DNA from: an uncultured Gammaproteobacteria bacterium
GTDB taxonomy: Bacteria > Patescibacteriota > Microgenomatia > Levybacterales > UBA12049
Length of the DNA: 64,000 nt
Direction: 5' to 3'
Assembly (NCBI GenBank): GCA_964562445.1
Contig: CAZLSZ010000004.1
Location: 448 to 64,447 of the forward strand
This document shows positions 26,749-36,159 of the stretch, in pieces. The notes beneath the pieces were generated by a model that was not told where the DNA came from, ran no database searches, and saw nothing but the letters and a program-made list of their open reading frames with translations. The stretch's first letter is position 1; each line of letters opens with the position of its first letter. The position numbers were made by a program, and so were the translations under genes.

Positions 26749-27795
26749 ATGGATTTTGTTCAATTATTTACGCTATTCGGAGCAGGCCTTTTGGCGGGTG
26801 GGATAACCTGTATGGCGGTACAGGGTGGTCTTCTAGCAACAGTAATTGCGCAACGAGAGCAAGAAGAAATTAAAGATAAAAATGAAGTCTCTTCTGCCAC
26901 ACGCCGGAAGCATATCGTCCTTTCTCTCAGCAGCTTTCTTCTCGCAAAATTAATAGCATATACTATTTTAGGATTATTATTAGGATGGTTCGGATCGTTA
27001 TTTCAAATATCAATTCATATCCAAATTGTTCTGTATCTTCTTTTGGGAATATATATGCTTGGTATAGCGGGAAATATACTGCAGCTGCATCCTATCTTTC
27101 GGTATGCAAGCTTGCAGCCTCCTTATCGTATATCCAAATTTATACGTAATAAAACAAAAAGTAAAAGTATTTTCGGACCTGCACTCCTTGGCGCATTAAC
27201 TGTCTTTATCCCATGCGGGACCACGCAGGCAGTGATGGCTATGAGTATAGCCTCGGGAGATCCTATCTATGGAGCACTTTTATTATTTTCATTTACGTTA
27301 GGCACAATTCCTTTATTTTTTCTCTTCGGTTATATGACACATTTATTAGGAGAGAGAATGCGGATGGCTTTTGCTAATTTTGCGGCCATTCTTGTTATTA
27401 TCTTTGCTATTCTTACATTGAATAATGCGCTTGCTTTGACCGGCACAAAATATACGCTAGAAGGGATCACAAAAAGTGCATGGTGTGTCTTAAGTTATTG
27501 TGAGGAAAATTTTGAGAACATACCGATCACAAATACAGTTGATCTTACCATTTTGGACGATGGCTATACGCCAAATATTTTTGCAGTCCGAGCGGGTGAG
27601 ATAGTAACTCTTAACTTAATAAATCGTGGCGGGAAGGGCTGCACTCAGGCATTTACGATACCTGCCTTAGGCGTACAAAAAATTGTTCCATATGGGCAGA
27701 ATGCTACGCTTACGTTTACTGCTCCTGTAGAGAAAGGTGATATGTATTTTATGTGCAGTCAGGGGATGTATAGAGGAACTATCCGAGTTCTTTAA
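26749..27795 (+). CDS. Two-Cys membrane domain (DsbD_2/TauE-SafE-like) fused to C-terminal cupredoxin-like domain
   Basis: Cys residues lie in TM1 (GGITCMAVQGG) and TM4 (FIPCGTTQ). The C-terminal 90 aa (ILDDGYTPNIFAVRAGEIVTL...MCSQGMYRGTIRV) are cupredoxin_1-like. Confidence 0.45.
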   Translation: MDFVQLFTLFGAGLLAGGITCMAVQGGLLATVIAQREQEEIKDKNEVSSATRRKHIVLSLSSFLLAKLIAYTILGLLLGWFGSLFQISIHIQIVLYLLLGIYMLGIAGNILQLHPIFRYASLQPPYRISKFIRNKTKSKSIFGPALLGALTVFIPCGTTQAVMAMSIASGDPIYGALLLFSFTLGTIPLFFLFGYMTHLLGERMRMAFANFAAILVIIFAILTLNNALALTGTKYTLEGITKSAWCVLSYCEENFENIPITNTVDLTILDDGYTPNIFAVRAGEIVTLNLINRGGKGCTQAFTIPALGVQKIVPYGQNATLTFTAPVEKGDMYFMCSQGMYRGTIRVL

Positions 27796-27796
27796 G

Positions 27797-28741
27797 TTAC
27801 GTATTTTGTTTTGCCAGGAAATCAATCGTTCTTGTCCGAATCTCTAAAATCACATAGTTAAATTTATCTCCAAGCGTTTGTATGATCGTTTTCTTTTTAC
27901 ATGCAACTGCCAGTTCTGTAATATCATCCTTGGTTAATGTGACACCTTGATTTGTTTTAGGATACATAATGGACTGAGGATCTTTGGTATGATTAATACC
28001 TATTGCATGTCCCATTTCATGCGCAAGTGTATGAATTAATTCAGGGCGTGAGTTATTAAAGTAAAGAACGATTTTTTCATCATTGCCGTTTCTGATATAT
28101 TCTCCTTCTTCAGGTTTAATTTCAAGTGTTTTATTGTATGCGTCCACACGCTTATCAAGTTCCTGAATTTGCGTATTGTATGCGTCAGTTGATTGATTCA
28201 AAGATTGTGCCATACCTTGTAATATTTGTGCTTCTGCCTGAAGAGATTTTTGTTCTGCGATAAGTTTTTCATATTCTTCGGCCGGTGCTCCGCCTTTATT
28301 ATTCCAGTAATCTATTCTTGCGTTCAGATCAGCATTTCTTTTTTTAAATTGTGTAGCGCGATTTTCATAGGCAACAATTTCAGGCTTCAGGGCATTTTTT
28401 TGTTTGGTGACCTCATTATTGAGAGAATCAACTCTATTGTTGAGGTATTGTCGTTCGTCATATATAAGGCTTATGGTAAGTTTTGAGGCTGGATCATAAT
28501 AAAAAAGTGATTTCCCCTCATCATTTTTCCAAATATCCCCAGCTTCTACAGATGCTTTGATAAATTCATCTTTCGATATGTTAAATCTTTGATCTACCTC
28601 TCCGATACTGAATGATCTTGGGTATGCGCAAGGAGATTGATAGATAATATTTTCTACATTTTTGTATACAGCGTCTCTATTAAAAAATCCGATGATAAGC
28701 GCGACAAATAATAGGAAAAGGAAAATGGATTTTTTCATCAT
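27797..28741 (-). CDS. Secreted metzincin (matrixin-like) zinc metalloprotease with coiled-coil region
   Basis: The protein has a signal peptide and the zinc-binding motif HEMGHAIGINH (HExxHxxGxxH). Confidence 0.6.
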   Translation of the reverse strand: MMKKSIFLFLLFVALIIGFFNRDAVYKNVENIIYQSPCAYPRSFSIGEVDQRFNISKDEFIKASVEAGDIWKNDEGKSLFYYDPASKLTISLIYDERQYLNNRVDSLNNEVTKQKNALKPEIVAYENRATQFKKRNADLNARIDYWNNKGGAPAEEYEKLIAEQKSLQAEAQILQGMAQSLNQSTDAYNTQIQELDKRVDAYNKTLEIKPEEGEYIRNGNDEKIVLYFNNSRPELIHTLAHEMGHAIGINHTKDPQSIMYPKTNQGVTLTKDDITELAVACKKKTIIQTLGDKFNYVILEIRTRTIDFLAKQNT

Positions 28742-28795
28742 TCATATTTTAGTGCAAGCGGCAGGAAGTCGCAATAACAAGTTTTTTAGAAAAAA

Positions 28796-29767
28796 TTATA
28801 TTGTTGTTTTCTTTTTAAAGAGTTTTGCTATGAAAAATCCTTCGAAATTTTTATCGGGTAGTATCCTGGCGGTGGCATGTGCGTTTGGATATACTTTGTT
28901 ATTCCATTCTCTGAGTCCGCTTACAAAAGGAATGGAGGGGATTTGTATGGATTCCAGTTCCAATGCACTATTTGTCTTTTCGAGTATCCACTCTATGACC
29001 TCTTCATTTTCTTCAGGAGAAAGTGTACATGTCGAATACACAATTGTGCCCCCGACTTTTGTAGCAGAGACAGCGGATCTGAGAAGAAATTTTTGTAACT
29101 TAGCAAGCTGTTTAATTTTTTTTGGTGACCAATCTTTATATGACATCGGGTCATCGCATTGTATTCTTCCTTCCATGGTGCAAGGGACGTCCACAAGTGT
29201 TTTGTCAAAATATTCCGGTAGTTTTTTCCAGAATGATTCTCCGGGTAAATTAAGTACTTTGGTATTTGTTACTCCTGCTTGGGTAAGATTGTGTCGCAAT
29301 TTAAATAATCGCTGTCTACTGAGGTCATTTGCGGTAATTTCGCCGGTATTGTGCATGAGAGCAGCTATTTGTGTTGTCTTACTGCCTGGGGCCGCGGCAA
29401 GATCAAGAATTTTTTCATCTTGCCGCGGCCCCAGAACAAGTACCGGAATCATACTTGAAAGATTTTGAATATAAATTTCTCCATTTTTATACACTGATGT
29501 TTCCGTTAATTCACGAACGGATTTATTTTTCAAGATATATGCGTCTTCATACCAAAGCGTTTTTTCTATTGAAAAACCGTCTTTTTCAAGTTGTAAGAGC
29601 GTATCTTGATTTCCTTTTAATGTGTTTACGCGGAATGACGGAAGTCTTTTGATTGAAAATATTTTAAATATTTCATGAAATTTTGCTTCGCCATAAAGTA
29701 ATTGCCATCGAAAGAGGAGTTTCTCGGGAAGATTATCACATGTGTTCATAGCCTTATTATACAGCAT
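28796..29767 (-). CDS. NOL1/NOP2/Sun-family RNA m5C methyltransferase (RsmB/F-like)
   Basis: Motifs DLAAAPGSKT and DVPCT are present, along with a C-terminal PUA-like region. Confidence 0.7.
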   Translation of the reverse strand: MLYNKAMNTCDNLPEKLLFRWQLLYGEAKFHEIFKIFSIKRLPSFRVNTLKGNQDTLLQLEKDGFSIEKTLWYEDAYILKNKSVRELTETSVYKNGEIYIQNLSSMIPVLVLGPRQDEKILDLAAAPGSKTTQIAALMHNTGEITANDLSRQRLFKLRHNLTQAGVTNTKVLNLPGESFWKKLPEYFDKTLVDVPCTMEGRIQCDDPMSYKDWSPKKIKQLAKLQKFLLRSAVSATKVGGTIVYSTCTLSPEENEEVIEWILEKTNSALELESIQIPSIPFVSGLREWNNKVYPNAHATARILPDKNFEGFFIAKLFKKKTTI

Positions 29768-29772
29768 TTTTT

Positions 29773-29806
29773 ACTAGTTGCATCTATACTACTATACTAG
29801 TATAAT
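29773..29806 (+). promoter_or_regulatory. Leaderless promoter (TTGCAT-N17-TATAAT) bracketed by two ACTAGT TrpR-type half-sites
   Basis: ACTAGT lies at 29773-29778 and 29796-29801. The -35 box is at 29778-29783 and the -10 at 29801-29806. The ATG at 29812 is 5 nt downstream of the -10. Confidence 0.5.
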
Positions 29807-29811
29807 AGGGT

Positions 29812-30096
29812 ATGCAAAAGAAAGGAAATATACTGGAAGAAACACTGGCAAATATTTATGACAGACATGAAATGCGTGCGTTTCTGAAAGGTATATTAAC
29901 GCCAAAAGAGTATGATGAAATACCAACTCGTATGGAAATATTTCGCATGCTGCATTCTGGGACTGCGCAGCATGAGATTGCAAAAAAATTGGGCGTGGGT
30001 GTCGCGACAGTAACGCGTGGCTCAAAAGAATTGCAAAAAGGAAATATCCAAAAAACAACATGGTGGAAACAATTAACTTCTCAAACGAGAGGTTGA
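29812..30096 (+). CDS. TrpR-like (TrpR/YerC/YecD family) transcriptional regulator
   Basis: The HTH QHEIAKKLGVGVATVTRGSKEL matches the E. coli TrpR GAGIATITRGSNSL. Confidence 0.75.
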   Translation: MQKKGNILEETLANIYDRHEMRAFLKGILTPKEYDEIPTRMEIFRMLHSGTAQHEIAKKLGVGVATVTRGSKELQKGNIQKTTWWKQLTSQTRG

Positions 30097-30153
30097 TTGT
30101 TTTTTTATAGCATTGACAATCAACCTCTCGCAAGTCGGGAGGTTTTTATTTTT
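30086..30153 (+). promoter_or_regulatory. Attenuator: 14-bp antiterminator stem (30086-30099/30117-30130) mutually exclusive with terminator hairpin 30122-30144 + U-tract
   Basis: CGAGAGGTTGATTG and CAATCAACCTCTCG are perfect complements. The terminator is AACCTCTCG-caagt-CGGGAGGTT followed by TTTATTTTTTT. The 5' arm overlaps the stop codon of the trpR-like gene. Confidence 0.5.
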
Positions 30154-30155
30154 TT

Positions 30156-31247
30156 ATGAAAGAACAAAAGCATACAATACATGGACTAGATACAATACCT
30201 AGTCCGTACCATAGTTGGGTAGCGCAGCGTAATCGGAAAGTTGCTGAAATAATAGGTGATATGATGGACTCATCTCATTCCATTGCTGTTGCTACTCGTC
30301 CTATCGTCGCAGAAGAACGTCCTGCTGTCGATCTTTTTTATGGAACTATTGTCAAGGATCCCTTGCATGTGGATAAAGGGATACTTCATCCCCCAATTGA
30401 TGCTCGCAAAGATACCTTTGCGCATCGTTTACGAATGAATGGGTTGGTACTACCGGGCGTGAGTGTCTCTTCAAAAGATGATGTGCTGGCGGGATATGAA
30501 GAATTACAGAAAAAAGGTGGAAAAGTACGCGCTAAGCAGGTCGACGGATCTGATGGTCAGGGACAGTATGAAGTCTCTTCAAAAAGAAAAGCAAATAAAT
30601 TAGCGGAAGAATTATGCGATGTTCTTGAAACAACTGGTATGGTATTAGAATCGCAAATTAAAGATCCCAAAACAATTTCAGTCGGTTTCGCCGTTGTTGG
30701 TAACGAGCAGTATAGTTTTATTGCTCACCAACAAGATGAAAAAGTAATTGAGTACGATGCTGATGTAAAGAAAAAAATTAACAGAACGAGATATATGGGT
30801 GCTGATGTAACAGTAGCAAAAGGGAGTATTGTATCTTTACGATCATTAGATGATCTGACAAAGGAAGAACAAAAAGCAATTGATACAGCCGGTGTATTTT
30901 ACGATTTGTTTAATGAGGAATATGATGTTGATACGACTAGAATAAGCTTTGATTATATGTACGGACATACCCAGAAAAAGTACGGAAGAAAGGGAGAAAT
31001 GCTTGGAGGTATTACTGATATTACTGCAAGACCCGGTGGGACGGATCCTGCTCTCATACTTGCAGTAAGAGAACTGCATGGAGATGATTCATTATCGTCA
31101 GTATGTGCTTCAGTACGACTTGATTATACAAATAGGAAAGAAGTTCCGGAGAATGCAACTATCTTTGTCGAAGATCCGAAATTACGTATTTGTGCATATA
31201 TAACTTCCAAAAAAGGAGAATTATTGCAAAGGGAGGCTGTCGCATGA
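30156..31247 (+). CDS. ATP-grasp-like protein (putative amide ligase)
   Basis: A central VRAKQVDGSDGQGQYEV resembles the ATP-grasp vvKp.dGs.GrGv strand-loop. The stop overlaps the next start in an ATGA. Confidence 0.35.
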   Translation: MKEQKHTIHGLDTIPSPYHSWVAQRNRKVAEIIGDMMDSSHSIAVATRPIVAEERPAVDLFYGTIVKDPLHVDKGILHPPIDARKDTFAHRLRMNGLVLPGVSVSSKDDVLAGYEELQKKGGKVRAKQVDGSDGQGQYEVSSKRKANKLAEELCDVLETTGMVLESQIKDPKTISVGFAVVGNEQYSFIAHQQDEKVIEYDADVKKKINRTRYMGADVTVAKGSIVSLRSLDDLTKEEQKAIDTAGVFYDLFNEEYDVDTTRISFDYMYGHTQKKYGRKGEMLGGITDITARPGGTDPALILAVRELHGDDSLSSVCASVRLDYTNRKEVPENATIFVEDPKLRICAYITSKKGELLQREAVA

Positions 31248-31963
31248 AAAATATTTTTATTGTAGGAGGACTTCATGGAGATGAGCCCACGGGTATTACT
31301 GTCGCAAAATATTTATTGCATAATCCGCAAAACGGTATCGAGAGTATTGTCGCGCATCCGCAGGCAGCAGCAGAAAATAAACGTTTTTTTGAAACAGATT
31401 TAAATCGGAGTTTTTCACCTCATCTTCCCATAAGTTTTGAAGAACAACTCGCCGTGGAATTAAAGCGGCAGCTGTATCCTTTTGATTTTCTTATCGATCT
31501 CCATAATACAAAAGGGGATTTTACCACATGTGCAATTACCGTCATGGAGCCTACCAATGAACATAAGGTTCTCGCGAGGCACTTCGGATTTAAGCGGCTC
31601 GTCATCATGCCACCGAGCGGTTCGTTGATCGGATTGCATCCGGAAAAATCGATATCGTTTGAGATAGCACTGAATGAAACGGATTATTTTACGACAGACT
31701 ATCTGGTAGATAAAATAAAAACAGTCCGGGAAATGTCATCCTATGATGATGGATTAACCTATTATAAATATGTTCAATCAATAAAATCCGCAACCGCAAA
31801 AAGAGTCGGCATTACACCTGAAAGTATTGTCAATTTTAAAGATTTTACTATAAAACAAAAAGAGTTACTTGATCTCCCAATGCATAAATCATATTGCGCT
31901 ATGTTTTCGAAAAAACAATTTAATCGTGAGGTGGCGTTTGAATTATTAGAAAAACTTGTATAG
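31244..31963 (+). CDS. Succinylglutamate desuccinylase/aspartoacylase (AstE/AspA) family zinc hydrolase
   Basis: MKNIFIVGGLHGDEPTG is the family's Zn-binding HGxE signature. The true start is the ATG at 31244, with an AAGGGAGG Shine-Dalgarno; the listed upstream start is a TTG. Confidence 0.65.
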   Translation: MKNIFIVGGLHGDEPTGITVAKYLLHNPQNGIESIVAHPQAAAENKRFFETDLNRSFSPHLPISFEEQLAVELKRQLYPFDFLIDLHNTKGDFTTCAITVMEPTNEHKVLARHFGFKRLVIMPPSGSLIGLHPEKSISFEIALNETDYFTTDYLVDKIKTVREMSSYDDGLTYYKYVQSIKSATAKRVGITPESIVNFKDFTIKQKELLDLPMHKSYCAMFSKKQFNREVAFELLEKLV

Positions 31964-31972
31964 AATACAAAT

Positions 31973-32959
31973 ATGAATAAACAAAAAGTATATTCAGGGA
32001 TCAGATCAACGGGAAGCCTTCATTTAGGAAATTATCTTGGCGCAGTGAAGGGCATGATTGATTTACAGGATAAGTACGAAAGTGTCTTCTCTGTCGTCGA
32101 TGTGCATGCCATTACAACCCCCTATGATCCGAAAACGCTACAGCAATCAGTGAAAGATATTGTTATGGATTATCTGGCAGCGGGACTTGATCCCAAAAAA
32201 AGTCTTATCGAAGTACAGTCAACAGTACCCGAACATATTGAACTATCTTTTTACCTCGGCAGTATTTATCCAGTATCCCGTTTGGAAGATTTACCCACCT
32301 ATAAAGATAAGAAGGCACAACATCCCAAGTATGTAAATATGGGATTATTGTATTATCCCGTGTTGATGACAGCAGATATATTATTGTACAAAGCAGGATT
32401 GGTGCCTGTCGGCATTGATCAGGAACCGCATTTGGAAGTAGCCCGTGAGATGGCTCGAAAGTTTAATAGTATGTTTGGGGAGACATTCCCCGAGCCCCAG
32501 CGCTTTAAGACACCAGGAGAATATGTCCCGTCCTTAACAGGAAAAGGAAAAATGGGGAAGTCAGTCGAGGGGAGCTATATCAGTTTACGGGACGATCTGG
32601 ATACCATTAAATCACGACTGGCGAAAACTCCTACTGATAGCGGCACAATAGGCGGAAATATCCCCCAAGAAGGCGGTGTAGCGAATTTATTTACATTGCT
32701 CAAGTTAGTCGCGCCAAAAGATGTATTTATTAAGTTTGTTGAGGACTATCGCGAGAAACGGATCAGATATGCTGAAATGAAATCCGTCCTTGCCGAATCA
32801 TTATTTGAAGAAATTCGTCCTCTTCAGGAAAAAAGGAAAAAGTATGAAGAAGACCCGAAATTGGTTGAGGATATTATTACAGAGCATACTGAGAAATGTC
32901 GTGAGATTGCCGGGAAGACGATAAAAGAAGTAAAAGAGAAAATGGGTCTTCGAGTATAA
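31973..32959 (+). CDS. trpS: Tryptophan--tRNA ligase
   Basis: The HIGH-like GSLHLGNYLG and KMGKS motifs are present, and the 328-aa length fits. Confidence 0.9.
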   Translation: MNKQKVYSGIRSTGSLHLGNYLGAVKGMIDLQDKYESVFSVVDVHAITTPYDPKTLQQSVKDIVMDYLAAGLDPKKSLIEVQSTVPEHIELSFYLGSIYPVSRLEDLPTYKDKKAQHPKYVNMGLLYYPVLMTADILLYKAGLVPVGIDQEPHLEVAREMARKFNSMFGETFPEPQRFKTPGEYVPSLTGKGKMGKSVEGSYISLRDDLDTIKSRLAKTPTDSGTIGGNIPQEGGVANLFTLLKLVAPKDVFIKFVEDYREKRIRYAEMKSVLAESLFEEIRPLQEKRKKYEEDPKLVEDIITEHTEKCREIAGKTIKEVKEKMGLRV

Positions 32960-32960
32960 T

Positions 32961-33734
32961 TTACACCTCTATTTTGGCACTGAGTCCGTAATGATCAGAT
33001 AAATCTTCTTGTACCACAGCGAATGCAGTTTCTTTCAGATCCTTTGTTATAAAAATATAATCAATCGCGTATCCGGGAGGGAAGAGTTTCTTAACACGAT
33101 GATTATTGGGGTCCAGCGTATTTTGGACTGCATATTTTTGTGTCAGATTTGTTGTTAAGGATGAGACTTCCGTGATGAGTGGCTGATCAGGTGTCAGATT
33201 AAAATCTCCTGTCAGTATATATGGTGCTTGTATCGACTGCAGATAATTGAGGAGTATTTGCCCCTGTTTCGTTTGGTAAGAGCGCTGCAATGGTGTCGGT
33301 CCCCATGCAAAATGTGTCGTAAGGATAGAAAAAATCTTTTCATTTTTTTGCAGTGTGAGATGAAGCATGCCTCTGCCGACATCTTCAAATGTCGTTACTG
33401 TATGCGGGAAAGGCTGCGTATTTTTTTTGAAAAAAATGCTTCGTTTATCAAGCATTCTGAAATTTTTTTTATAAAATATCGCATTTCCGAAGTACGCGGT
33501 ATCGGCAGAATCAATATGATCAGTCAGTATGAATTCTCCAATATAGTCAGGATACAATAATTGTTGCAGTTCCAATAATGTATCATGCGTACAGTCAATA
33601 TTGCCGATCACAGTCCCTTTTCCAGCAAGTTCCTGAAGACAGATAATATCAAAAGAATTATTTGTAAGATATTTTTTTAATACATCGAGATAATTATCTG
33701 CGTTAATATTCAGTTGTAGGACAGAAACAACCAT
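32961..33734 (-). CDS. Endonuclease/exonuclease/phosphatase (EEP) family protein
   Basis: The N-terminus LQLNINADNYLD and a C-terminal SDHYGL are typical of EEP proteins. Confidence 0.55.
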   Translation of the reverse strand: MVVSVLQLNINADNYLDVLKKYLTNNSFDIICLQELAGKGTVIGNIDCTHDTLLELQQLLYPDYIGEFILTDHIDSADTAYFGNAIFYKKNFRMLDKRSIFFKKNTQPFPHTVTTFEDVGRGMLHLTLQKNEKIFSILTTHFAWGPTPLQRSYQTKQGQILLNYLQSIQAPYILTGDFNLTPDQPLITEVSSLTTNLTQKYAVQNTLDPNNHRVKKLFPPGYAIDYIFITKDLKETAFAVVQEDLSDHYGLSAKIEV

Positions 33735-34635
33735 GGTTCAATTATACCAAGATTGCTATAATGTCGTCATGCAGATATCAGAAATTGAGATTAAACAATT
33801 TCAAAAAAAAATACTTTCGTGGTATAAACTCAATGAGCGGGATTTACCATGGCGAAAAACGCGGGATCCGTATCGAATACTTATTTCTGAAATTATGCTT
33901 CAGCAGACGCAGGTACCCAGAGTTATTCAAAAATATAATGCATGGTTGGAGAGATTTCCTACACTTACCTCTTTGGCACGAAGCACTACTGCGGATGTTC
34001 TGCAGTATTGGTCAGGGCTCGGATATAATAGGCGCGCAATAAATTTGAAAAGAACTGCTGAAATAATAGCGAATGAATATCACGGAAAATTTCCTGATTC
34101 AGAAAAAGAACTAATGCTTCTGCCGGGGATAGGAAAATATACAGCACATGCTGTTATGTGTTTTGCGTTTAATAAACAGGTCTCCGTGGTAGATATTAAT
34201 GTGAAGAAAGTAATCATAGTGGAGTTTATGCGAAAACAACATATAGAGCAGCAAGGAATTATTTTACACGATGCACCACAGCAGAATGAGAAACTTGATG
34301 ACGCATTGGCATGGGAAATTGCCGAAAAATTATTGCCCGTCGGTTTGGCATATGAGTGGAATCAAGCGCTTATGGATTATAGCAGCTCTATGCTGAAGAA
34401 AGAAAAAATTCACATTCCGAAACAATCAAAATTTGTCGGTTCAAGGAGATATTATCGGGGGAAGATTCTCAAACTTCTTCTCGCTCAAAAAAGTACCCAA
34501 GTTTTATCCATATATACGCAGTTGAAAGATGATTATTCTGAAAATGATCAGGAGATATTTGATAGTATTATAGCTGAATTGGAAAAAGAAAAATTTATCG
34601 TAAAAAAGAAGAAGAAAATATCTATAGCAGATTAA
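33733..34635 (+). CDS. HhH-GPD DNA glycosylase (MutY/EndoIII-like), apparently without the 4-Cys Fe-S cluster
   Basis: SEIMLQQTQVPRV and the HhH LPGIGKYTAHAV are present. No CX6CX2CX5C cluster was seen, and the basic C-terminal tail is distinct. Confidence 0.6.
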   Translation: MVQLYQDCYNVVMQISEIEIKQFQKKILSWYKLNERDLPWRKTRDPYRILISEIMLQQTQVPRVIQKYNAWLERFPTLTSLARSTTADVLQYWSGLGYNRRAINLKRTAEIIANEYHGKFPDSEKELMLLPGIGKYTAHAVMCFAFNKQVSVVDINVKKVIIVEFMRKQHIEQQGIILHDAPQQNEKLDDALAWEIAEKLLPVGLAYEWNQALMDYSSSMLKKEKIHIPKQSKFVGSRRYYRGKILKLLLAQKSTQVLSIYTQLKDDYSENDQEIFDSIIAELEKEKFIVKKKKKISIAD

Positions 34636-34645
34636 GAAGAGTATA

Positions 34646-35128
34646 TTACATCGGCTCGATGTTGGTCAGGGGAAGAATTTCAGAGAAAAGTATTTCTTTT
34701 CCCGATCCGTCAACGGCAGCAAACCGATATTGGTAATTAACATTTTTCTTGAGATACGAAATAGTATAGGTTGGTATATTCGGAGAAATGCCTCTGGCTG
34801 CATTAATAAATTCTTTTGCTCCAGCTTCTTTATAGTAGATATTATATGTATTTGCTTCTGAAAGAGTCGGCATTGAGATCGTTCCTTGGACATACATACC
34901 CTTCATAATAGCAGTACCTGCGACAGCTCTTTGTAATGAGGATTTATCCAGTAAGGTTATTCCTACAATCGCGAGAACAAGACACGCAGTGATAATGAGT
35001 ATTCGTCTAAAAAAAACTGTTTGTTTTGGAGCGGATGCTTTTCTTGCGGATTTCGCTGATGATTTTGCGTGAACCGTCTTCTTTTTCATACGTATATATA
35101 GTACATCAAAACTTGTGTAACCTGTCAA
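34646..35128 (-). CDS. Membrane-anchored hypothetical protein
   Basis: A basic N-terminus and one TM helix are followed by an extracellular domain of about 100 aa. The start could be the internal MKKKTV at 35089. Confidence 0.35.
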   Translation of the reverse strand: MTGYTSFDVLYIRMKKKTVHAKSSAKSARKASAPKQTVFFRRILIITACLVLAIVGITLLDKSSLQRAVAGTAIMKGMYVQGTISMPTLSEANTYNIYYKEAGAKEFINAARGISPNIPTYTISYLKKNVNYQYRFAAVDGSGKEILFSEILPLTNIEPM

Positions 35129-35135
35129 CCCCTAG

Positions 35136-35915
35136 TTACGCGAATTGTAGCTTATTTTTTTCCAGCTCTTTTTTTGCTAATAGCCGATATACTCGAGCGA
35201 TTTCCCAGCGGCTTGCAGATTTGGTAATAAGGCAAATCTGAATATTGAGTATTTCAGGCTGGGCGAAACTTGAAATGCCGTTTACTTTTGATTCAGGATA
35301 AATCTTACTTTCGTATTGTTTATCTTTTTTTAGTATGTCCAGCGCAGTTGTTGCGGCATCGATCATTTTATCAATATTTTGATTTGATTTAAGCGGTAAA
35401 TCGATGAGTGTTGTCGATCTGTGCCGGGAAAAGTTTGCAATACCTTTTACCTGGCTGTGGGGGAAAACATGCATTGCCCCATCTCCCGCTCTGATAGTTA
35501 ATGTCCTAGAACCTATTCTATCAATATATCCCTCAATTTCGCCGATTTTAACATAATCACCGATAGCTACGGAATCAAGCGATAGGAAGAAAAGCCCCGT
35601 TACAAAATCTTCGATGATTGATCGTGCTCCAATCCCGATAAATATACCCAAAATAGAAGCTGAAGCAAGAAGGGGAGCTAAATTTACGCCTAATATCGTT
35701 AATATCGTGTATGTCGCAACTGCGTATACTAAAATAGAAATAATATTTCTTATAAATACAGCAGCTGTACTTGCTTTACGATTCGCGAATGGTTTTGGTA
35801 CTTTGATAAGAGAACGCAGGACGTTATCTATTATTGCCGCAATTAAGATCGTTAATCCCACATAAAGTAATGGTTTCACTGATTCGGATGTAAATACAAT
35901 ATCATTCGGAAGCAT
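35136..35915 (-). CDS. mscS: Small-conductance mechanosensitive channel (MscS family)
   Basis: Three TM helices are followed by the MscS beta-domain (IGDYVKIGEIEGYIDRIGSRTLTIR). Confidence 0.7.
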   Translation of the reverse strand: MLPNDIVFTSESVKPLLYVGLTILIAAIIDNVLRSLIKVPKPFANRKASTAAVFIRNIISILVYAVATYTILTILGVNLAPLLASASILGIFIGIGARSIIEDFVTGLFFLSLDSVAIGDYVKIGEIEGYIDRIGSRTLTIRAGDGAMHVFPHSQVKGIANFSRHRSTTLIDLPLKSNQNIDKMIDAATTALDILKKDKQYESKIYPESKVNGISSFAQPEILNIQICLITKSASRWEIARVYRLLAKKELEKNKLQFA

Positions 35916-36159
35916 AGTCTCTTATAGCATATACTACAAAATCGTGTAATTCAATGAATCAAATTTACTCTATCCTTACATAATTTTAGTTTATTTCTTT
36001 TAGTGTATTAGTAAACTAAACATACTTTCAATGATGTGTAGTCAGAATAATTTAAGGTTATCATAAAGCCATTCTGATACGGCTCGAAAGAGGAAATCGA
36101 TCAGTTAATGACAGATAGCCTTACAAAATGAAAGTAATTATTAAAGAAAGGAGGGATAT

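Noticed and set aside
31190-31243. Upstream extension of the AstE/AspA ORF (MCIYNFQKRRIIAKGGCR...)
   Set aside because: The extension begins at a non-ATG codon inside the preceding gene. The ATG at 31244 with the AAGGGAGG Shine-Dalgarno and the conserved N-terminus MKNIFIVGGLHGDE is the true start.
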